From Nitrospirota bacterium (GTDB taxonomy: Bacteria; Nitrospirota; Nitrospiria; Nitrospirales; Nitrospiraceae): a stretch of DNA of 64,000 nucleotides. Within the stretch, counting starts at the first letter, position 1; each line of letters begins with the position of its first letter. This document shows, piece by piece, positions 10,110-20,937 of the stretch. The translations under genes and the position numbers were made by a program. Below the pieces are notes generated by a model. The model ran no database searches, was not told the origin of the DNA, and was given only the letters and a program-made list of their open reading frames with translations. The stretch is from assembly GCA_963703955.1 (NCBI GenBank), contig CAVPGK010000018.1, positions 40,017-104,016 on the forward strand, in the 5' to 3' direction.

Positions 10110-10160
10110 AGACTGCGTCGGACCGCGACCCTCAGTCCTCGTGACTCGGCAGCGGCAAAT

Positions 10161-11657
10161 ATGGCGGCACGGACGTTGATGATCCAGGGGACCGCGTCGC
10201 ACGTGGGGAAGTCTGTCCTCACCGCTGCGGTCTGCCGAATCTTCGTGCGACGCGGGCTCCGGGTCGCCCCGTTCAAGGCTCAGAACATGTCCAATAATTC
10301 GTTCGTCACGCCGGAGGATAAGGAAATCGGGCGCGCCCAAGCGATGCAAGCGGCAGCCTGCCGGCTGGCTCCCCGCGCGGACTTCAATCCGGTGCTGATC
10401 AAGCCGTCCGGCGAGCACAGCGCGCAACTCGTCGTCGGCGGTCGCGTCGCCGGAGTGTTGTCGGCGCGGGATTTCGGCCGCGTACGGCGGGAACACTTTC
10501 ACACGGTGTGCGAGGCGTTTGGTCGATTGCGCTCGGAATTTGATCTGGTGATCCTTGAAGGCGCAGGCAGCCCGGCCGAGATCAATCTACGGGAGCAGGA
10601 CATCGTCAATATGCGCATGGCGCAGGAAGCAGAGGCGCCGGTGCTGTTGGTTGGAGATATCGATCGGGGCGGGGTGTTTGCGGCCCTGTTCGGCACCATG
10701 AGCTTGCTTCAACCCGATGAGCAGCGCCACGTGAAGGGCCTGCTCATCAACAAATTCCGCGGTGACCGAGACCTGTTGACCACAGGAATAACAATGCTGG
10801 AAGGACGGACGTCAGTTCCCTGCCTTGGCGTGATCCCGCACTGGGGACACCTTCGCGTGCCCCAAGAAGACTCGTTGGGATGGGAGACCTGGACGGGTGT
10901 ACGATCTCAGGAGGTTGATGCCCTGGCCATCGGCATCGCGGATGTCCCGGCAATTTCAAACTTTACTGATTTTGAGGCGCTGCGTCATGAGGCCGATGTT
11001 CGCCTGATCAAGATCAGCGAGGCGGCGCCTACGCGACTCGATGCGCTGATCTTTCCGGGCACGAAGAACACGGCCGAGGCGTTGCGATTCGTCCGGGACC
11101 GAGGGATAGATCGGGTGGCGCGGTGCGTTGCGGCTGAGGGTGGGACGGTCATCGGACTCTGCGGCGGTTACCAGATTTTGGGACGATCGATTCGTGATCC
11201 TCACGGCGTGGAATTGGATGTGCCGGAACTTGATGGGCTCGGTCTGCTCGACGTGGTGACGAGCTTTGCACGAAACAAGGTGACGGTCCGGGTGGTTGGG
11301 ACCCATCGGGAGACTGGCTGCCCCGTGGAGGGCTACGAAGTGCACATGGGCCGTACGAGAGCGGGCGCCGGCGTGGCTCCTCTGCTGGACCTTGAAAAGC
11401 CCGGTCAGTCGGTGCGATGGAGCGAAGGGGCGGTCTCGCCGGATGGTCGCGTCTTCGGCACATACGTCCATGGTCTCTTTGATGCGCCGCGCTTCCGACG
11501 CACATTTCTCAATCGACTGCGAACGGCCAGAGGATGGGCTCCGCTATATCCGCAAACCGGCGCCTCGCTGGATCGGGAACTGGGTGAGCTGGCTGATTTC
11601 GTTGAGCAGCACGTTGATATGGAGGCGATCGAGGGGATCGTCGAGCGTGGAGTATGA
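10161..11657 (+). CDS. cobQ: cobyric acid synthase
   Basis: QGTASHVGKS, PFKAQNMSNNS, EGAGSPAEINL, DIDRGGVFA, GTYVHGLF. Confidence 0.95.
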   Translation: MAARTLMIQGTASHVGKSVLTAAVCRIFVRRGLRVAPFKAQNMSNNSFVTPEDKEIGRAQAMQAAACRLAPRADFNPVLIKPSGEHSAQLVVGGRVAGVLSARDFGRVRREHFHTVCEAFGRLRSEFDLVILEGAGSPAEINLREQDIVNMRMAQEAEAPVLLVGDIDRGGVFAALFGTMSLLQPDEQRHVKGLLINKFRGDRDLLTTGITMLEGRTSVPCLGVIPHWGHLRVPQEDSLGWETWTGVRSQEVDALAIGIADVPAISNFTDFEALRHEADVRLIKISEAAPTRLDALIFPGTKNTAEALRFVRDRGIDRVARCVAAEGGTVIGLCGGYQILGRSIRDPHGVELDVPELDGLGLLDVVTSFARNKVTVRVVGTHRETGCPVEGYEVHMGRTRAGAGVAPLLDLEKPGQSVRWSEGAVSPDGRVFGTYVHGLFDAPRFRRTFLNRLRTARGWAPLYPQTGASLDRELGELADFVEQHVDMEAIEGIVERGV

Positions 11658-11661
11658 ACCA

Positions 11662-12234
11662 GTGCGTCGGGTGAGATCGAGCGATAGGAGGTCTAAGCGA
11701 GGAAGATTGATTCTCGTGATCGGTGGGGCTTCATCGGGAAAAAGCGACCTGGCATTGGACCTTGCCGGGACATCCGGTAAGCGAGCCTTTCTGGCGACCG
11801 GCCAAGCCCTGGACCAGGAAATGGCCGAGCGGATCCGGCGTCACAAAGCGTCACGGGGTGTGGGTTGGAAAACAGCGGAAGTGCCGGTGGAATTGGCCGA
11901 ATGGTTTCAGACCGAAGGCTGGGCGTTCCGCGCGGTCGTAGTGGATTGTCTTACGCTTTGGTTGACGAATCTTCGGGGGCGCGGTGTACCGGAGTCTGAG
12001 ATATCGAAGCTCGTCTCGACCTTGCTCAAGGTGATCAGAGCAACCATGGCCCGCGTGGTGATGGTCACGAACGAACTCGGACTTGGATTAGTACCGGAAG
12101 ATGCCGCCTCTCGTCGCTTTCGAGACTTGGCCGGGCAGGTGAACCAGCAGATGGCCAGAGAGGCCGATGAAGTCTACCTGGCACTGAGCGGGCTGCCGGT
12201 TCGGATCAAGCCGGCGGCAAGGATTCGTTCTTAG
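11662..12234 (+). CDS. cobU: adenosylcobinamide kinase / guanylyltransferase
   Basis: GGASSGKS, DQEMAERIRRH, VDCLTLWLTN, NELGLGLVP, RRFRDLAG; GTG start inferred (11662 or 11671). Confidence 0.9.
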   Translation: MRRVRSSDRRSKRGRLILVIGGASSGKSDLALDLAGTSGKRAFLATGQALDQEMAERIRRHKASRGVGWKTAEVPVELAEWFQTEGWAFRAVVVDCLTLWLTNLRGRGVPESEISKLVSTLLKVIRATMARVVMVTNELGLGLVPEDAASRRFRDLAGQVNQQMAREADEVYLALSGLPVRIKPAARIRS

Positions 12235-13340
12235 TGGGGAGCCCGATGACCCTTCATGAAACAATCGAGCAGATTCGACCGGTGGACCGGGAAATAATGA
12301 AGCGAGCCCAAGCCCGCCTCGACCGGCTCACCAAGCCAATGGGAAGTTTGGGGCGGCTCGAGGAATTGGCGGTCCGCTATGTGGGGATGACCCGGGAGGA
12401 GCATCCAAAGCCGCCGCGAACGCTCATCTTCACGTTCGCGGCCGATCATGGGGTGACGGCAGAAGGGGTCAGCGCCTATCCCAGTGAGGTGACCGCGCAG
12501 ATGGTCCTGAACTTTCTTCGAGGAAGCGCAGCGGTCAATGTGCTGGCCCGCCATGTCGGGGCCGAAGTTCGGGTCGTGGATATCGGTGTGGCTCATGCGT
12601 TTGGTTCCTTGCCTGGGTTGATCGGTCGAAAAGTCAGCGCCGGCACGAATAATTTTGCATTGGAGCCAGCCATGAGTCGCGAGCAAGCTGAACAGGGGTT
12701 ACTCGTAGGCGTGGACCTTGCCGTTCAATCCGCCCGCGAAGGGGTCGGCCTGATTGGCACAGGGGACATGGGCATCGGCAATACCACCCCGAGCGCGGCG
12801 ATCACCGCGGTGATGACTGGTCTCGCTACAGAACAGGTGACAGGTAGCGGAACCGGCATCGACGATGCGGGCTATCGACGGAAAGTCTCGGTGATCAAGC
12901 GCGCCCTCGCCTTGCATGATCCAAACCCGGAAGACCCGCTGGACGTGCTGAGCAAGGTGGGAGGCTATGAAATTGCCGGGGTTGCGGGACTGATACTCGG
13001 AGCCGCAGCGTGCGGGATTCCGATCGTGCTGGATGGATTCATTGCAGGAGCAGCCGCGCTACTTGCGACGGGGCTTGAGCCACGGTGTGGTGAGTACCTC
13101 ATTGCCTCGCACCTTTCGGTTGAGCGCGGGCATCGAGCGGTCTTGCATCGCCTTAGCCTCGCACCGCTCCTGGATCTGGATCTTCGGCTTGGAGAAGGCA
13201 CGGGAGCTTGCCTCGGGATCGGGCTGGTCCATGCCGCGATCAAAGTCCTGACGCAGATGGCGACCTTCGATGAAGCCGGCGTGTCCGAACGGTCGGCCCG
13301 GGAAAGGCCGCGTCTCGGCGCGCCCGGGGCGGGCGGGTGA
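12234..13340 (+). CDS. cobT: nicotinate-nucleotide-dimethylbenzimidazole phosphoribosyltransferase
   Basis: LTKPMGSLGRLE, AADHGV, GDMGIGNTT, RLGEGTGA. Confidence 0.95.
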   Translation: MGSPMTLHETIEQIRPVDREIMKRAQARLDRLTKPMGSLGRLEELAVRYVGMTREEHPKPPRTLIFTFAADHGVTAEGVSAYPSEVTAQMVLNFLRGSAAVNVLARHVGAEVRVVDIGVAHAFGSLPGLIGRKVSAGTNNFALEPAMSREQAEQGLLVGVDLAVQSAREGVGLIGTGDMGIGNTTPSAAITAVMTGLATEQVTGSGTGIDDAGYRRKVSVIKRALALHDPNPEDPLDVLSKVGGYEIAGVAGLILGAAACGIPIVLDGFIAGAAALLATGLEPRCGEYLIASHLSVERGHRAVLHRLSLAPLLDLDLRLGEGTGACLGIGLVHAAIKVLTQMATFDEAGVSERSARERPRLGAPGAGG

Positions 13341-13352
13341 AAAAGGATCCTG

Positions 13353-14129
13353 GTGATTCGTTCATTTGTCATTGCCTGGCACTTCCTGACGGCGATTCCG
13401 CTGACGGCGGTTCATCACGATCCCACCTCCCACGAACTCGCTCAGTCAATGGCCTGGTTTCCTCTGGTCGGCCTCATCCTGGGCGGGCTTCTTGCTGGGA
13501 GCGCGCTCGTCTTCTCAACAATGTTCACCGACGGCGTTGTGAACGTGCTCCTCATCGTGGTCTTGGCGATTGCGACGCGCGGCCTACACCTCGATGGCCT
13601 GGCTGATTCCTTGGATGGTCTTGCCGGCGGACGAACACCGACCGAGCGGCTGGCGATCATGCGTGATGCGCGCATCGGTGCCATAGGCGCCGCAGGCCTG
13701 ATACTGGCCCTGGGCCTCCGCTATGCTGGGCTGGCGGCATTACCGCTTGCGGATCGGCTCTCCTGGTTGATCTCTATGCCGGCGATCGGCCGTTGGGCGA
13801 TGGTGGTTGGCGCTATGTCGGCCCCCAATGCCCGCGCCGATGGCGGGCTCGCTCAACCGTTTCTTCAACAGCTCTCGCTACGCGAACTAATCAGCGCGAC
13901 GGTCTTGCTATCCGGCATTGTGATCTTGGCCCTCGGTCCTCTGAGTGCGCTTGTTGCGTGTGGACTTGTCGCGCTCGTCGCTCGAGCGGTCACCGCGCTG
14001 GCGTGTCGGCTCCTAGGCGGTATTACGGGCGATGTGCTTGGCGCTACGAATGAAATCGCTGAAATCGTCTTTCTAATCCTCGCACCGACTGTAGCGAACC
14101 TGGGACTGCCGTTTCACCTATTGCGATGA
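13353..14129 (+). CDS. cobS: cobalamin synthase
   Basis: GLHLDGLADSLDG, IMRDARIG, GGITGDVLGA; membrane protein. Confidence 0.95.
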   Translation: MIRSFVIAWHFLTAIPLTAVHHDPTSHELAQSMAWFPLVGLILGGLLAGSALVFSTMFTDGVVNVLLIVVLAIATRGLHLDGLADSLDGLAGGRTPTERLAIMRDARIGAIGAAGLILALGLRYAGLAALPLADRLSWLISMPAIGRWAMVVGAMSAPNARADGGLAQPFLQQLSLRELISATVLLSGIVILALGPLSALVACGLVALVARAVTALACRLLGGITGDVLGATNEIAEIVFLILAPTVANLGLPFHLLR

Positions 14130-15070
14130 CGGTCCAAGAGCTGGTTCTGGCTTGCGTGCTCGATGTTATCGTCGGCGATCCGCGCTGGCTCCCTCATCCG
14201 GTTCGACTGATGGGTCTGGCAGTCACATGGTATGAGAAAAGAATCAAAGGTGGTATTCGTCGCCCTGAAGCCTTGAGAATAATTGGCGTTGCGCTGGCGC
14301 TCGGCTTGCCGGCGATTTCCTATGCAGCCGCGTGGCTGGTCATTGAACGGGCCGAGACGCTGCACGCGGCACTAGGAAAGACGCTGGTTGTCTTTCTTGC
14401 GTTCACCACTCTGGCGGCGCGAGATCTCGTTGACCATTCCCTCGCGGTCTGGCGCGCGCTCGAAGGCGACTCGCTCGTTGAGGCACGTGCGGCCGTGTCC
14501 AGGATTGTTGGGCGTGATACCGACCGTCTCTCCGAACCGGAGGTCGTGCGAGCCACCGTGGAGACGATTGCGGAGAGCACGTCCGATGGGGTCATTGCCC
14601 CTCTGTTGTATCTAACATTGGGAGGACCTCCCTTGGCGTTGGCGTATAAGGCGATCAACACGCTGGACTCGATGGTGGGCTATCGCAATGCCGCATATCG
14701 AGACTTTGGGTGGGCCTCAGCCCGGCTTGATGATGCGGCGAATTGGGTGCCGGCGCGGATCACGGGAGTGCTTCTAGTTCTTGCGGCGGGAATCCGAACC
14801 CATACGATGGGACAGGCGTGGCGTATCTTCCGGCGTGACGGGGAAAAGCACCCCAGTCCAAACAGTGGTCGGCCCGAAGCCGCTATGGCCGGAGCGTTGG
14901 GAGTGCAGCTTGGAGGAACGAACTTCTATGGCGGCCAACCGTCTGAGCGGCCACGGCTAGGTGATGGCTTGGTGTCGCTGAGACCGGCCCAGATCCCGAT
15001 CGCGCTTCACCTCATGGCTGTTGCATCGCTGATGGCCGTGATGTTGGCGGCGCTGGGCCTATGCCTGTGA
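14126..15070 (+). CDS. cbiB: adenosylcobinamide-phosphate synthase
   Basis: GDPRWLPHPV, IVGRDT, YKAINTLDSMVGY, SPNSGRPEAAMAGALG. Confidence 0.95.
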   Translation: MTVQELVLACVLDVIVGDPRWLPHPVRLMGLAVTWYEKRIKGGIRRPEALRIIGVALALGLPAISYAAAWLVIERAETLHAALGKTLVVFLAFTTLAARDLVDHSLAVWRALEGDSLVEARAAVSRIVGRDTDRLSEPEVVRATVETIAESTSDGVIAPLLYLTLGGPPLALAYKAINTLDSMVGYRNAAYRDFGWASARLDDAANWVPARITGVLLVLAAGIRTHTMGQAWRIFRRDGEKHPSPNSGRPEAAMAGALGVQLGGTNFYGGQPSERPRLGDGLVSLRPAQIPIALHLMAVASLMAVMLAALGLCL

Positions 15071-16152
15071 ACATGCGGGTGGAACATGGCGGCAATGTCT
15101 ATGCGGCCGTTCGCGAGAGCGGCCGCCGCCTGAATACCCTGATCGATTTCAGCGCCAGCATCAACCCTCTTGGTCCTTCTCCGCGGGCGCTTCGCGCGAT
15201 TCTTTCGTCTCTTCATCTGACGGTTTACTATCCGGATCCTGACTGTGTCGCCGTTCGGGACGGGCTCGCGAAACGGCACAATCTGATTCCCGAGCAGATA
15301 GTCATCGGGAACGGATCAATTGAGCTGATCCATTTGTTGCCGCGCGCCCTGTCGATCGGCTGCGCGTTGATTGTCGGGCCGACCTTCTCGGAGTATGCAC
15401 GCGCGGTGTTGCTGGAAGGAGGACACGTCATCAGACTCGACGCGATGCGGATCGATCGGTACCGGCCGCCGGTTGAACGGGCGATCGATTGTGTTCGGAA
15501 GAATAGCGCCAAGATCGATGCGGTGTTTCTCTGCAACCCCAACAGTCCGACGGGACAGGGGGTGAGTGTGGAGGACGTCTTCGAGTTGGTTGGCGCAGCG
15601 TCTCGTCGCAAAGTCTGGGCTGTCGTGGATGAGACGTTTGTCGAATATTGTGAGGACCGATCAGTGGTGCGAGAACTGAACCGGCTTTCGCGGTTGGTCG
15701 TGTTGCGGAGCTTCACCAAGTTTTACGCAATCCCGGGCTTGCGCATCGGCTATTTGGCCGGCGGCGAGCAAACCATCAAGCGCATCCGGCGATTGATTCC
15801 TCCGTGGTCGGTCAACACCATGTCACAGGTCGCTGCCTTGGCGTCGATCCATGATGTCCGCCATGCCCGGAGAAGCCGCGCGTTCATGGACCACGAGCGA
15901 CCGCGCCTGATCGAAAACCTGGAGTCACTTCGCGGGGTAACGGTGTATCCGTCCGAGGCGAACTTCGTCCTGGTGGAACTTCCTCATGCACACACAGCGA
16001 GACACGTTGTGGGACTGCTTCGCCGCCAAGGACTGTTGGTCCGTGACTGCTCCTCTGTCGAGGGCCTGACCGCTTGGACGATCAGGATCGCGGTGCGCAC
16101 GCCCACGCAGAATGATCGTCTGATCACAATTCTTCGGAATCTCATTACCTGA
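15061..16152 (+). CDS. cobD: L-threonine-O-3-phosphate decarboxylase
   Basis: HGGN, DFSASINPLG, CNPNSPTG, RSFTKFYAIPGLRIGY. Confidence 0.92.
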   Translation: MPVNMRVEHGGNVYAAVRESGRRLNTLIDFSASINPLGPSPRALRAILSSLHLTVYYPDPDCVAVRDGLAKRHNLIPEQIVIGNGSIELIHLLPRALSIGCALIVGPTFSEYARAVLLEGGHVIRLDAMRIDRYRPPVERAIDCVRKNSAKIDAVFLCNPNSPTGQGVSVEDVFELVGAASRRKVWAVVDETFVEYCEDRSVVRELNRLSRLVVLRSFTKFYAIPGLRIGYLAGGEQTIKRIRRLIPPWSVNTMSQVAALASIHDVRHARRSRAFMDHERPRLIENLESLRGVTVYPSEANFVLVELPHAHTARHVVGLLRRQGLLVRDCSSVEGLTAWTIRIAVRTPTQNDRLITILRNLIT

Positions 16153-16166
16153 CGAGGAACTTTCAT

Positions 16167-16919
16167 ATGGCAAACCATAAGCGGACTTCCGTGGTGACCA
16201 GTTTCGTTGTCAAGAGCGATACATTGCTCATTGATCTGGGCGAGCCGCGACCCATCTTGTCGTCGGCGCCACGCGGTGGAGGGCTGGGACGGGCTCGGTA
16301 CATTTTGAACCACCAAGTAGCGCCCAACCCATTAGCCGATCCGGTTCCGGCTTCCCGAGTTTCCAGGGAAGACCCGGGTCGGTATCTAGGACGCATCGCA
16401 AGCCAGCATGGAGTGGAAACACCGTCGGTTGCCCTCATGACTGCCGTGTCGCTGAAACAGCTTGTCGTTATGCGCGAAGAGTCAGCGGGTATCTGGGTAG
16501 AGGGATTTTTTACGGTGGGCGTCTCCAATGCGGTCAGAGCAGGTGAACCGATCGATCTTCACGCGGAGGACAGCAGCGTACGGTCGACTCCGGGAACGAT
16601 TAATATTATTTTGGTCACCAATGGTCGTTTGACCTCATCGGCTATGGTTGGTGTTGTGCAGGTAGCGACGGAAAGTAAGACGGCCGTCCTGATTTCTCAT
16701 CACATCCCAAGTCAGACGGGAGGTCCGTGGGCAACCGGAACCGGCACGGATGCGATTGTGGTCGCAAGCGGAAAAGGACGAGTCCTTCGCTATAGCGGGA
16801 CGCACACCAAGTTCGGCGAGATGGTCGGACGGCTTGTTGCGCGTGGTGTTGGTGAAGGGCTCCTTCGCTCGAAGGAGTGGGCTCGCTTTCAGCATAGAGG
16901 TTCGGTCTCTCCTCGCTAA
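16167..16919 (+). CDS. cbiZ: adenosylcobinamide amidohydrolase
   Basis: LMTAV, TVGVSNA, GTINIIL, ATESKT, ATGTGTDAIVV, GTHTKFG. Confidence 0.88.
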   Translation: MANHKRTSVVTSFVVKSDTLLIDLGEPRPILSSAPRGGGLGRARYILNHQVAPNPLADPVPASRVSREDPGRYLGRIASQHGVETPSVALMTAVSLKQLVVMREESAGIWVEGFFTVGVSNAVRAGEPIDLHAEDSSVRSTPGTINIILVTNGRLTSSAMVGVVQVATESKTAVLISHHIPSQTGGPWATGTGTDAIVVASGKGRVLRYSGTHTKFGEMVGRLVARGVGEGLLRSKEWARFQHRGSVSPR

Positions 16920-17210
16920 CCGGCTTTCTCCTGCTTCTCTAGCTGCGCCAGCCTTACAAAATTCGGCTCTTTGGCCGGAAATTCGTCGATTCCGAACTGT
17001 CCATCAAGCGTGTCTCAATTCGGATGCGCTCTCTAATCTGCTCGAAAACAAGTACTTATCGTTCGCTCATGACAAGACGCAAAATTCTGTCGTTCCCAGC
17101 ACCAAATTTGCATCGTGCAGAATGATCTGTAGTTACTATACTTAGAATACTGTTCCGGCGATACACTTGATCAAGGGACCGGCATCATTTTGTCAGGAGA
17201 GGAGGCGATC

Positions 17211-17945
17211 ATGAGGGTGAGAGCCGCGGCGGTGATATTCGGCGTGAGTCTGTGGGTAGGTGTGCTCCTGTCGGCAGGGCCGGCGCGTGCTGCGAATGAG
17301 GCGGAAGTCGCCGAGCTTCTTGTAAAACTCTTGCAGGCCGGCCGGAGCGTGATTTCATCTCAGCAGGAATTGATCAATGATCCATCGAAAGGGAACAAGG
17401 GGTTCACCCCTGACTATTTGGCTGAAAAGATGATTGAGAAGTATAAGGAAACCACCAAGCTAGACCTCAGCAGGCCGGCCAACATTCCACAGGCCAAATT
17501 ACTGCTGGCCTTGCTTGAATCCGGAAAAGAGGTGGTGGCTGAGGCGCAGCCGATCATCAATAAGCAGGGGGTCGGATTTAAGGGGCTGATTCCAGCCGTA
17601 TGGGGACGGAAAACAGGGGAACGTTTCACCCAAAAGACCGGGATCAAATTGAAATTGACCGCCGTGGATTATCGGTTTCCGGGCAACAAACCGGATGAAT
17701 TTGAGTCGGAGGTGCTGAGGCTCTTTTCGGATCCAAATTACCCAAAAAATAAAGAATACAGTCGCATGGTGATGGTCAACGGCCAACCGGCTTTTCGCAT
17801 GATGGCGCCGGAATATGCCGGGGCGACGTGTCTGAAATGCCATGGGGATCCGAGGGGGGAACGCGATATCACAGGAAACAAGAAGGAGGGTTTGAAAGAG
17901 GGAGGGCTTGCCGGAGCCATCAGCCTGATCATCCCGGTGCATTAG
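17211..17945 (+). CDS. periplasmic Tll0287/DUF3365-like c-type heme protein
   Basis: GGAGG RBS, signal peptide, NKPDEFE, FRMMAP, CLKCH heme motif, GGLAGAISL C-terminus. Confidence 0.8.
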   Translation: MRVRAAAVIFGVSLWVGVLLSAGPARAANEAEVAELLVKLLQAGRSVISSQQELINDPSKGNKGFTPDYLAEKMIEKYKETTKLDLSRPANIPQAKLLLALLESGKEVVAEAQPIINKQGVGFKGLIPAVWGRKTGERFTQKTGIKLKLTAVDYRFPGNKPDEFESEVLRLFSDPNYPKNKEYSRMVMVNGQPAFRMMAPEYAGATCLKCHGDPRGERDITGNKKEGLKEGGLAGAISLIIPVH

Positions 17946-18001
17946 GGAGAGAGTCCTCGCAGAGGAACCTCAGCATTCAATCATTCAAGGAGGCAGAATC
18001 G

Positions 18002-18364
18002 ATGAGCAAGATTGTCGTAGTCGATGATTCGTACGCAGAACTTCAACTCATTGAAGGGGTTTTAAAGGGAGCCAACCATACGGTCGTGTCCTATCCCAAT
18101 ACGGAGAAGTTGGAGGAAAAGCTTGCCGTAGAGCGCCCCGACTTGATCGTCATGGATGTCGTCATGCCGGGCCGCAATGGGTTTCAAGCGTGCCGAGATT
18201 TGAAAAGCGATGACCGGTTCAAGAATATCCCGGTCGTCCTGTGTACTTCGAAAGGGCAAGACAGCGACAAGTTTTGGGGGCAGCAGCAAGGCGCCAACGG
18301 ATACATCACGAAGCCCTTCAAGGGCGAAGACCTGCTCGCGACCGTGAAAAAGGTCCTCGCGTAA
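18002..18364 (+). CDS. single-domain response regulator, PilH-like
   Basis: AGGAGG RBS; VVDDS, MDVVMPGRNGFQACR, DKFWGQQQGANGYITKPF. Confidence 0.9.
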   Translation: MSKIVVVDDSYAELQLIEGVLKGANHTVVSYPNTEKLEEKLAVERPDLIVMDVVMPGRNGFQACRDLKSDDRFKNIPVVLCTSKGQDSDKFWGQQQGANGYITKPFKGEDLLATVKKVLA

Positions 18365-18404
18365 GCGTGGGCTGGATCGAAACCAACGGAGGCCACAAAG
18401 AATC

Positions 18405-18920
18405 GTGATGGAAGGCGTCAGCGCTTCTGCGCAGCAGGTTGAACGTGCAAACCCGTTGGCGCGCACGGATACGCTGCGGCGGGTATGTCTGATCACCTTG
18501 GGAGGTGAACTCTACGCAATCGAGCTGCGGAGCGTTCGCGAAGTCTTCGAAGTGGAGTCGGTGACACCCGTTCCCGGGATGCCGAGCGCCCTGGTGGGCG
18601 TGGCGAATCTGCGTGGCGTCGTCATTCCGCTGGTGGACCTCCGATTGATGCTGGGGCTTGTCGTGAGTGGTCCCCCGCCTCAATTTGCGGTGGTGATCCG
18701 GCATGGCTCGCGGCAGGTGGGCGTGCTGGTCGAGCGCGTGCCGGAAATCCGAAGCCTTCAGCCAGATCAATTTCTTCCGACCGCGAACTCCGCGCGAGCG
18801 GAGTCACGTCCTTTTGTTTCAACCGTCCTTCGCATCGAAGATCGATTGGGCGGCATGCTCGAAGTGCCGATGGTATTTGAGCACGTGGAAGGGGGAGCAC
18901 CCGCCGCGAAGACGGCCTGA
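18405..18920 (+). CDS. cheW: CheW/PilI coupling protein
   Basis: [27 protein letters not shown]. Confidence 0.9.
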   Translation: MMEGVSASAQQVERANPLARTDTLRRVCLITLGGELYAIELRSVREVFEVESVTPVPGMPSALVGVANLRGVVIPLVDLRLMLGLVVSGPPPQFAVVIRHGSRQVGVLVERVPEIRSLQPDQFLPTANSARAESRPFVSTVLRIEDRLGGMLEVPMVFEHVEGGAPAAKTA

Positions 18921-19015
18921 TAAGTCAAATTCGTTGGTGTCCCGAAGAAAGCGTGAGACTCGGAACTGGCGGCCGAGGCCGGCCAACGGTTGCATTGGGG
19001 AAAAGGAGGAACGAC

Positions 19016-20893
19016 ATGTTCGAGTCAGGTCTTCAACAGAGGTTCACAGACCTCCATACGCAGACGAAGCTGATGATCGGATTCGGAGCGGTGAGCATTA
19101 TCATTTTGGCGATGACCGCAGTCGGCGTGGTCACCCTGGGCCAGCTTCGAGAACAATTTCGGGTCATGAACGATAACTCCAACGTCACGTTGGCCGACCT
19201 CGCGGCCTTCGGAAATCGATTCGTGGATTATCACCGCCTTGTCCTTCAACTCCCCGAAGAGCTCAGGAAAAAGGAAGATCTCGAGAAAGCCTTGGGCCGT
19301 CTCTCAAAGATCAAGCAAGAGACATATGAGCCCATCACGAGATATGAATCCTCCCAGCTCCGCATATCCAAATCCGGCCGTGACGAGGCGAAAGATCTCG
19401 CCGTTCTGAAAGGCAGCCTGCAGGCGTATTTCAAGGAGGCGGAGGGTGCGAGCAGTGCCCTCATGGACAGTTTTACCGACCCGAAATTGACAGCGGAACA
19501 GTCCCATCAAATGAGAGCGCTCGGTATCCTCTCGGTCACCAATAATCTGATTCCTCACTACGAAAAAGTCATTGACCGACATCGTGAGCAGCTTGCGACA
19601 GTTCGTGCTGTCGCCGGAGACATTAACGACGATGGCCAGGGCTTGGCTAGACGCGGAACAATGCTGCTGATTGTGGGTGGATTGGTGGCTGTGGCGATGG
19701 GCTTGGCGGTCGGTTATCTCATGGCTCGGTTCTTTTCACGAGGCATCATTCACATTGCCGACGTCGCGAGTCAGGCGGCATCGGGGCACCTGCAGGCCCG
19801 CGCGAAACTGGCGTCGCGCGACGAGTTGGGTCAGATGGCGACTGCGTTCAATACCATGCTTGACCGGATTACGGCTCTTGTTCAAACCGAAGGTGAGCGC
19901 GACATGATGCAGCGTCGTCTCATGCAATTCCTTACGCTCGTGTCGGATGTCGGTAAGGGAGACCTGACAAAACGAGGGGAAGTGACCGCCGACATGTTCG
20001 GAAACCTGGCCGACGCGTTCAACTTGATGCTGGATCGTTTCGGAAAATTGTTACGCCAGGTGAAAGACGCAGCCGAACGAGTGAACCAGTCGGCCGCAGC
20101 CTTGCGAGAGACGTCAGGTCAGATGGCCGGAACGGCCCGGCATCAGGCGGAAGAATCTGTGCGGACGCTCTCGTCGGTCGAAGGGTTATCGGTCTCCATG
20201 CGTCAGGTGGCTCAAACAGCCGGCGCCTCATCCGAGAGCGCCAAACAGGTGTTGACGGCAACGGAACGAGGGCGCGTGGCCGTGCAAGAGACGGTGCAGG
20301 ACATGCAAAGCATTCGAAGCGCGGTGCAGCGCATGTCGAAGCAGGTCAAAGGTCTGGGCGATCGCTCCCTAGAAATTTCCCAGATCGTGTCGACCATTCG
20401 AGATATCGCGTCGCAAACCAATCTGCTGGCTCTGAACGCGGCCATCGAGGCGGCCGGCGCCGGCGAGGCCGGAGCTCGGTTTGCGGTCGTCGCCGATCAG
20501 GTCCGGAAGCTGGCTGAAAACTCGACACAGGCCACACGCGAAATCGCAGACCTTGTGAAGATGATTCAGACTGAAACGCAGGACGCCGTCGTTGCGATGG
20601 AGCAGGAAACTCAAGCGGTGGAAGCCGGCTCGGCTTCCGCTCTCCGGACTGGTGACGTGTTCAAAGAAATTTCTCAGATCGCCGAGCGATCGGCCGAACT
20701 TGCTCAGGTGATCGCCAACTCCGCGATCGAACAGACATCTTCGACTGAAACCGTAGGTCGATCGATTAAGGACTTTACCGGTGGGGCCGTTGCTACACAA
20801 AAGGCCACGGACTCAGCTCGGGTCACGGTCGAAGAGATGGCCAAACTTGCCGAAGGGCTGGCTGGCTCGGTCGCTCAGTTTAAGGTTGCCTAA
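19016..20893 (+). CDS. methyl-accepting chemotaxis protein, PilJ-like
   Basis: Two TM helices, periplasmic helical domain, [21 protein letters not shown] hairpin. Confidence 0.95.
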   Translation: MFESGLQQRFTDLHTQTKLMIGFGAVSIIILAMTAVGVVTLGQLREQFRVMNDNSNVTLADLAAFGNRFVDYHRLVLQLPEELRKKEDLEKALGRLSKIKQETYEPITRYESSQLRISKSGRDEAKDLAVLKGSLQAYFKEAEGASSALMDSFTDPKLTAEQSHQMRALGILSVTNNLIPHYEKVIDRHREQLATVRAVAGDINDDGQGLARRGTMLLIVGGLVAVAMGLAVGYLMARFFSRGIIHIADVASQAASGHLQARAKLASRDELGQMATAFNTMLDRITALVQTEGERDMMQRRLMQFLTLVSDVGKGDLTKRGEVTADMFGNLADAFNLMLDRFGKLLRQVKDAAERVNQSAAALRETSGQMAGTARHQAEESVRTLSSVEGLSVSMRQVAQTAGASSESAKQVLTATERGRVAVQETVQDMQSIRSAVQRMSKQVKGLGDRSLEISQIVSTIRDIASQTNLLALNAAIEAAGAGEAGARFAVVADQVRKLAENSTQATREIADLVKMIQTETQDAVVAMEQETQAVEAGSASALRTGDVFKEISQIAERSAELAQVIANSAIEQTSSTETVGRSIKDFTGGAVATQKATDSARVTVEEMAKLAEGLAGSVAQFKVA

Positions 20894-20937
20894 GGTTCTT
20901 TAAGGGTTGGAACGTGCCCGGGGACTCAGAGGGCTTA

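Noticed and set aside
9420..10502. 360-aa antisense ORF (also 41279-42190, 38281-39114, 31471-32202)
   Set aside because: Antisense shadows of well-conserved high-GC genes
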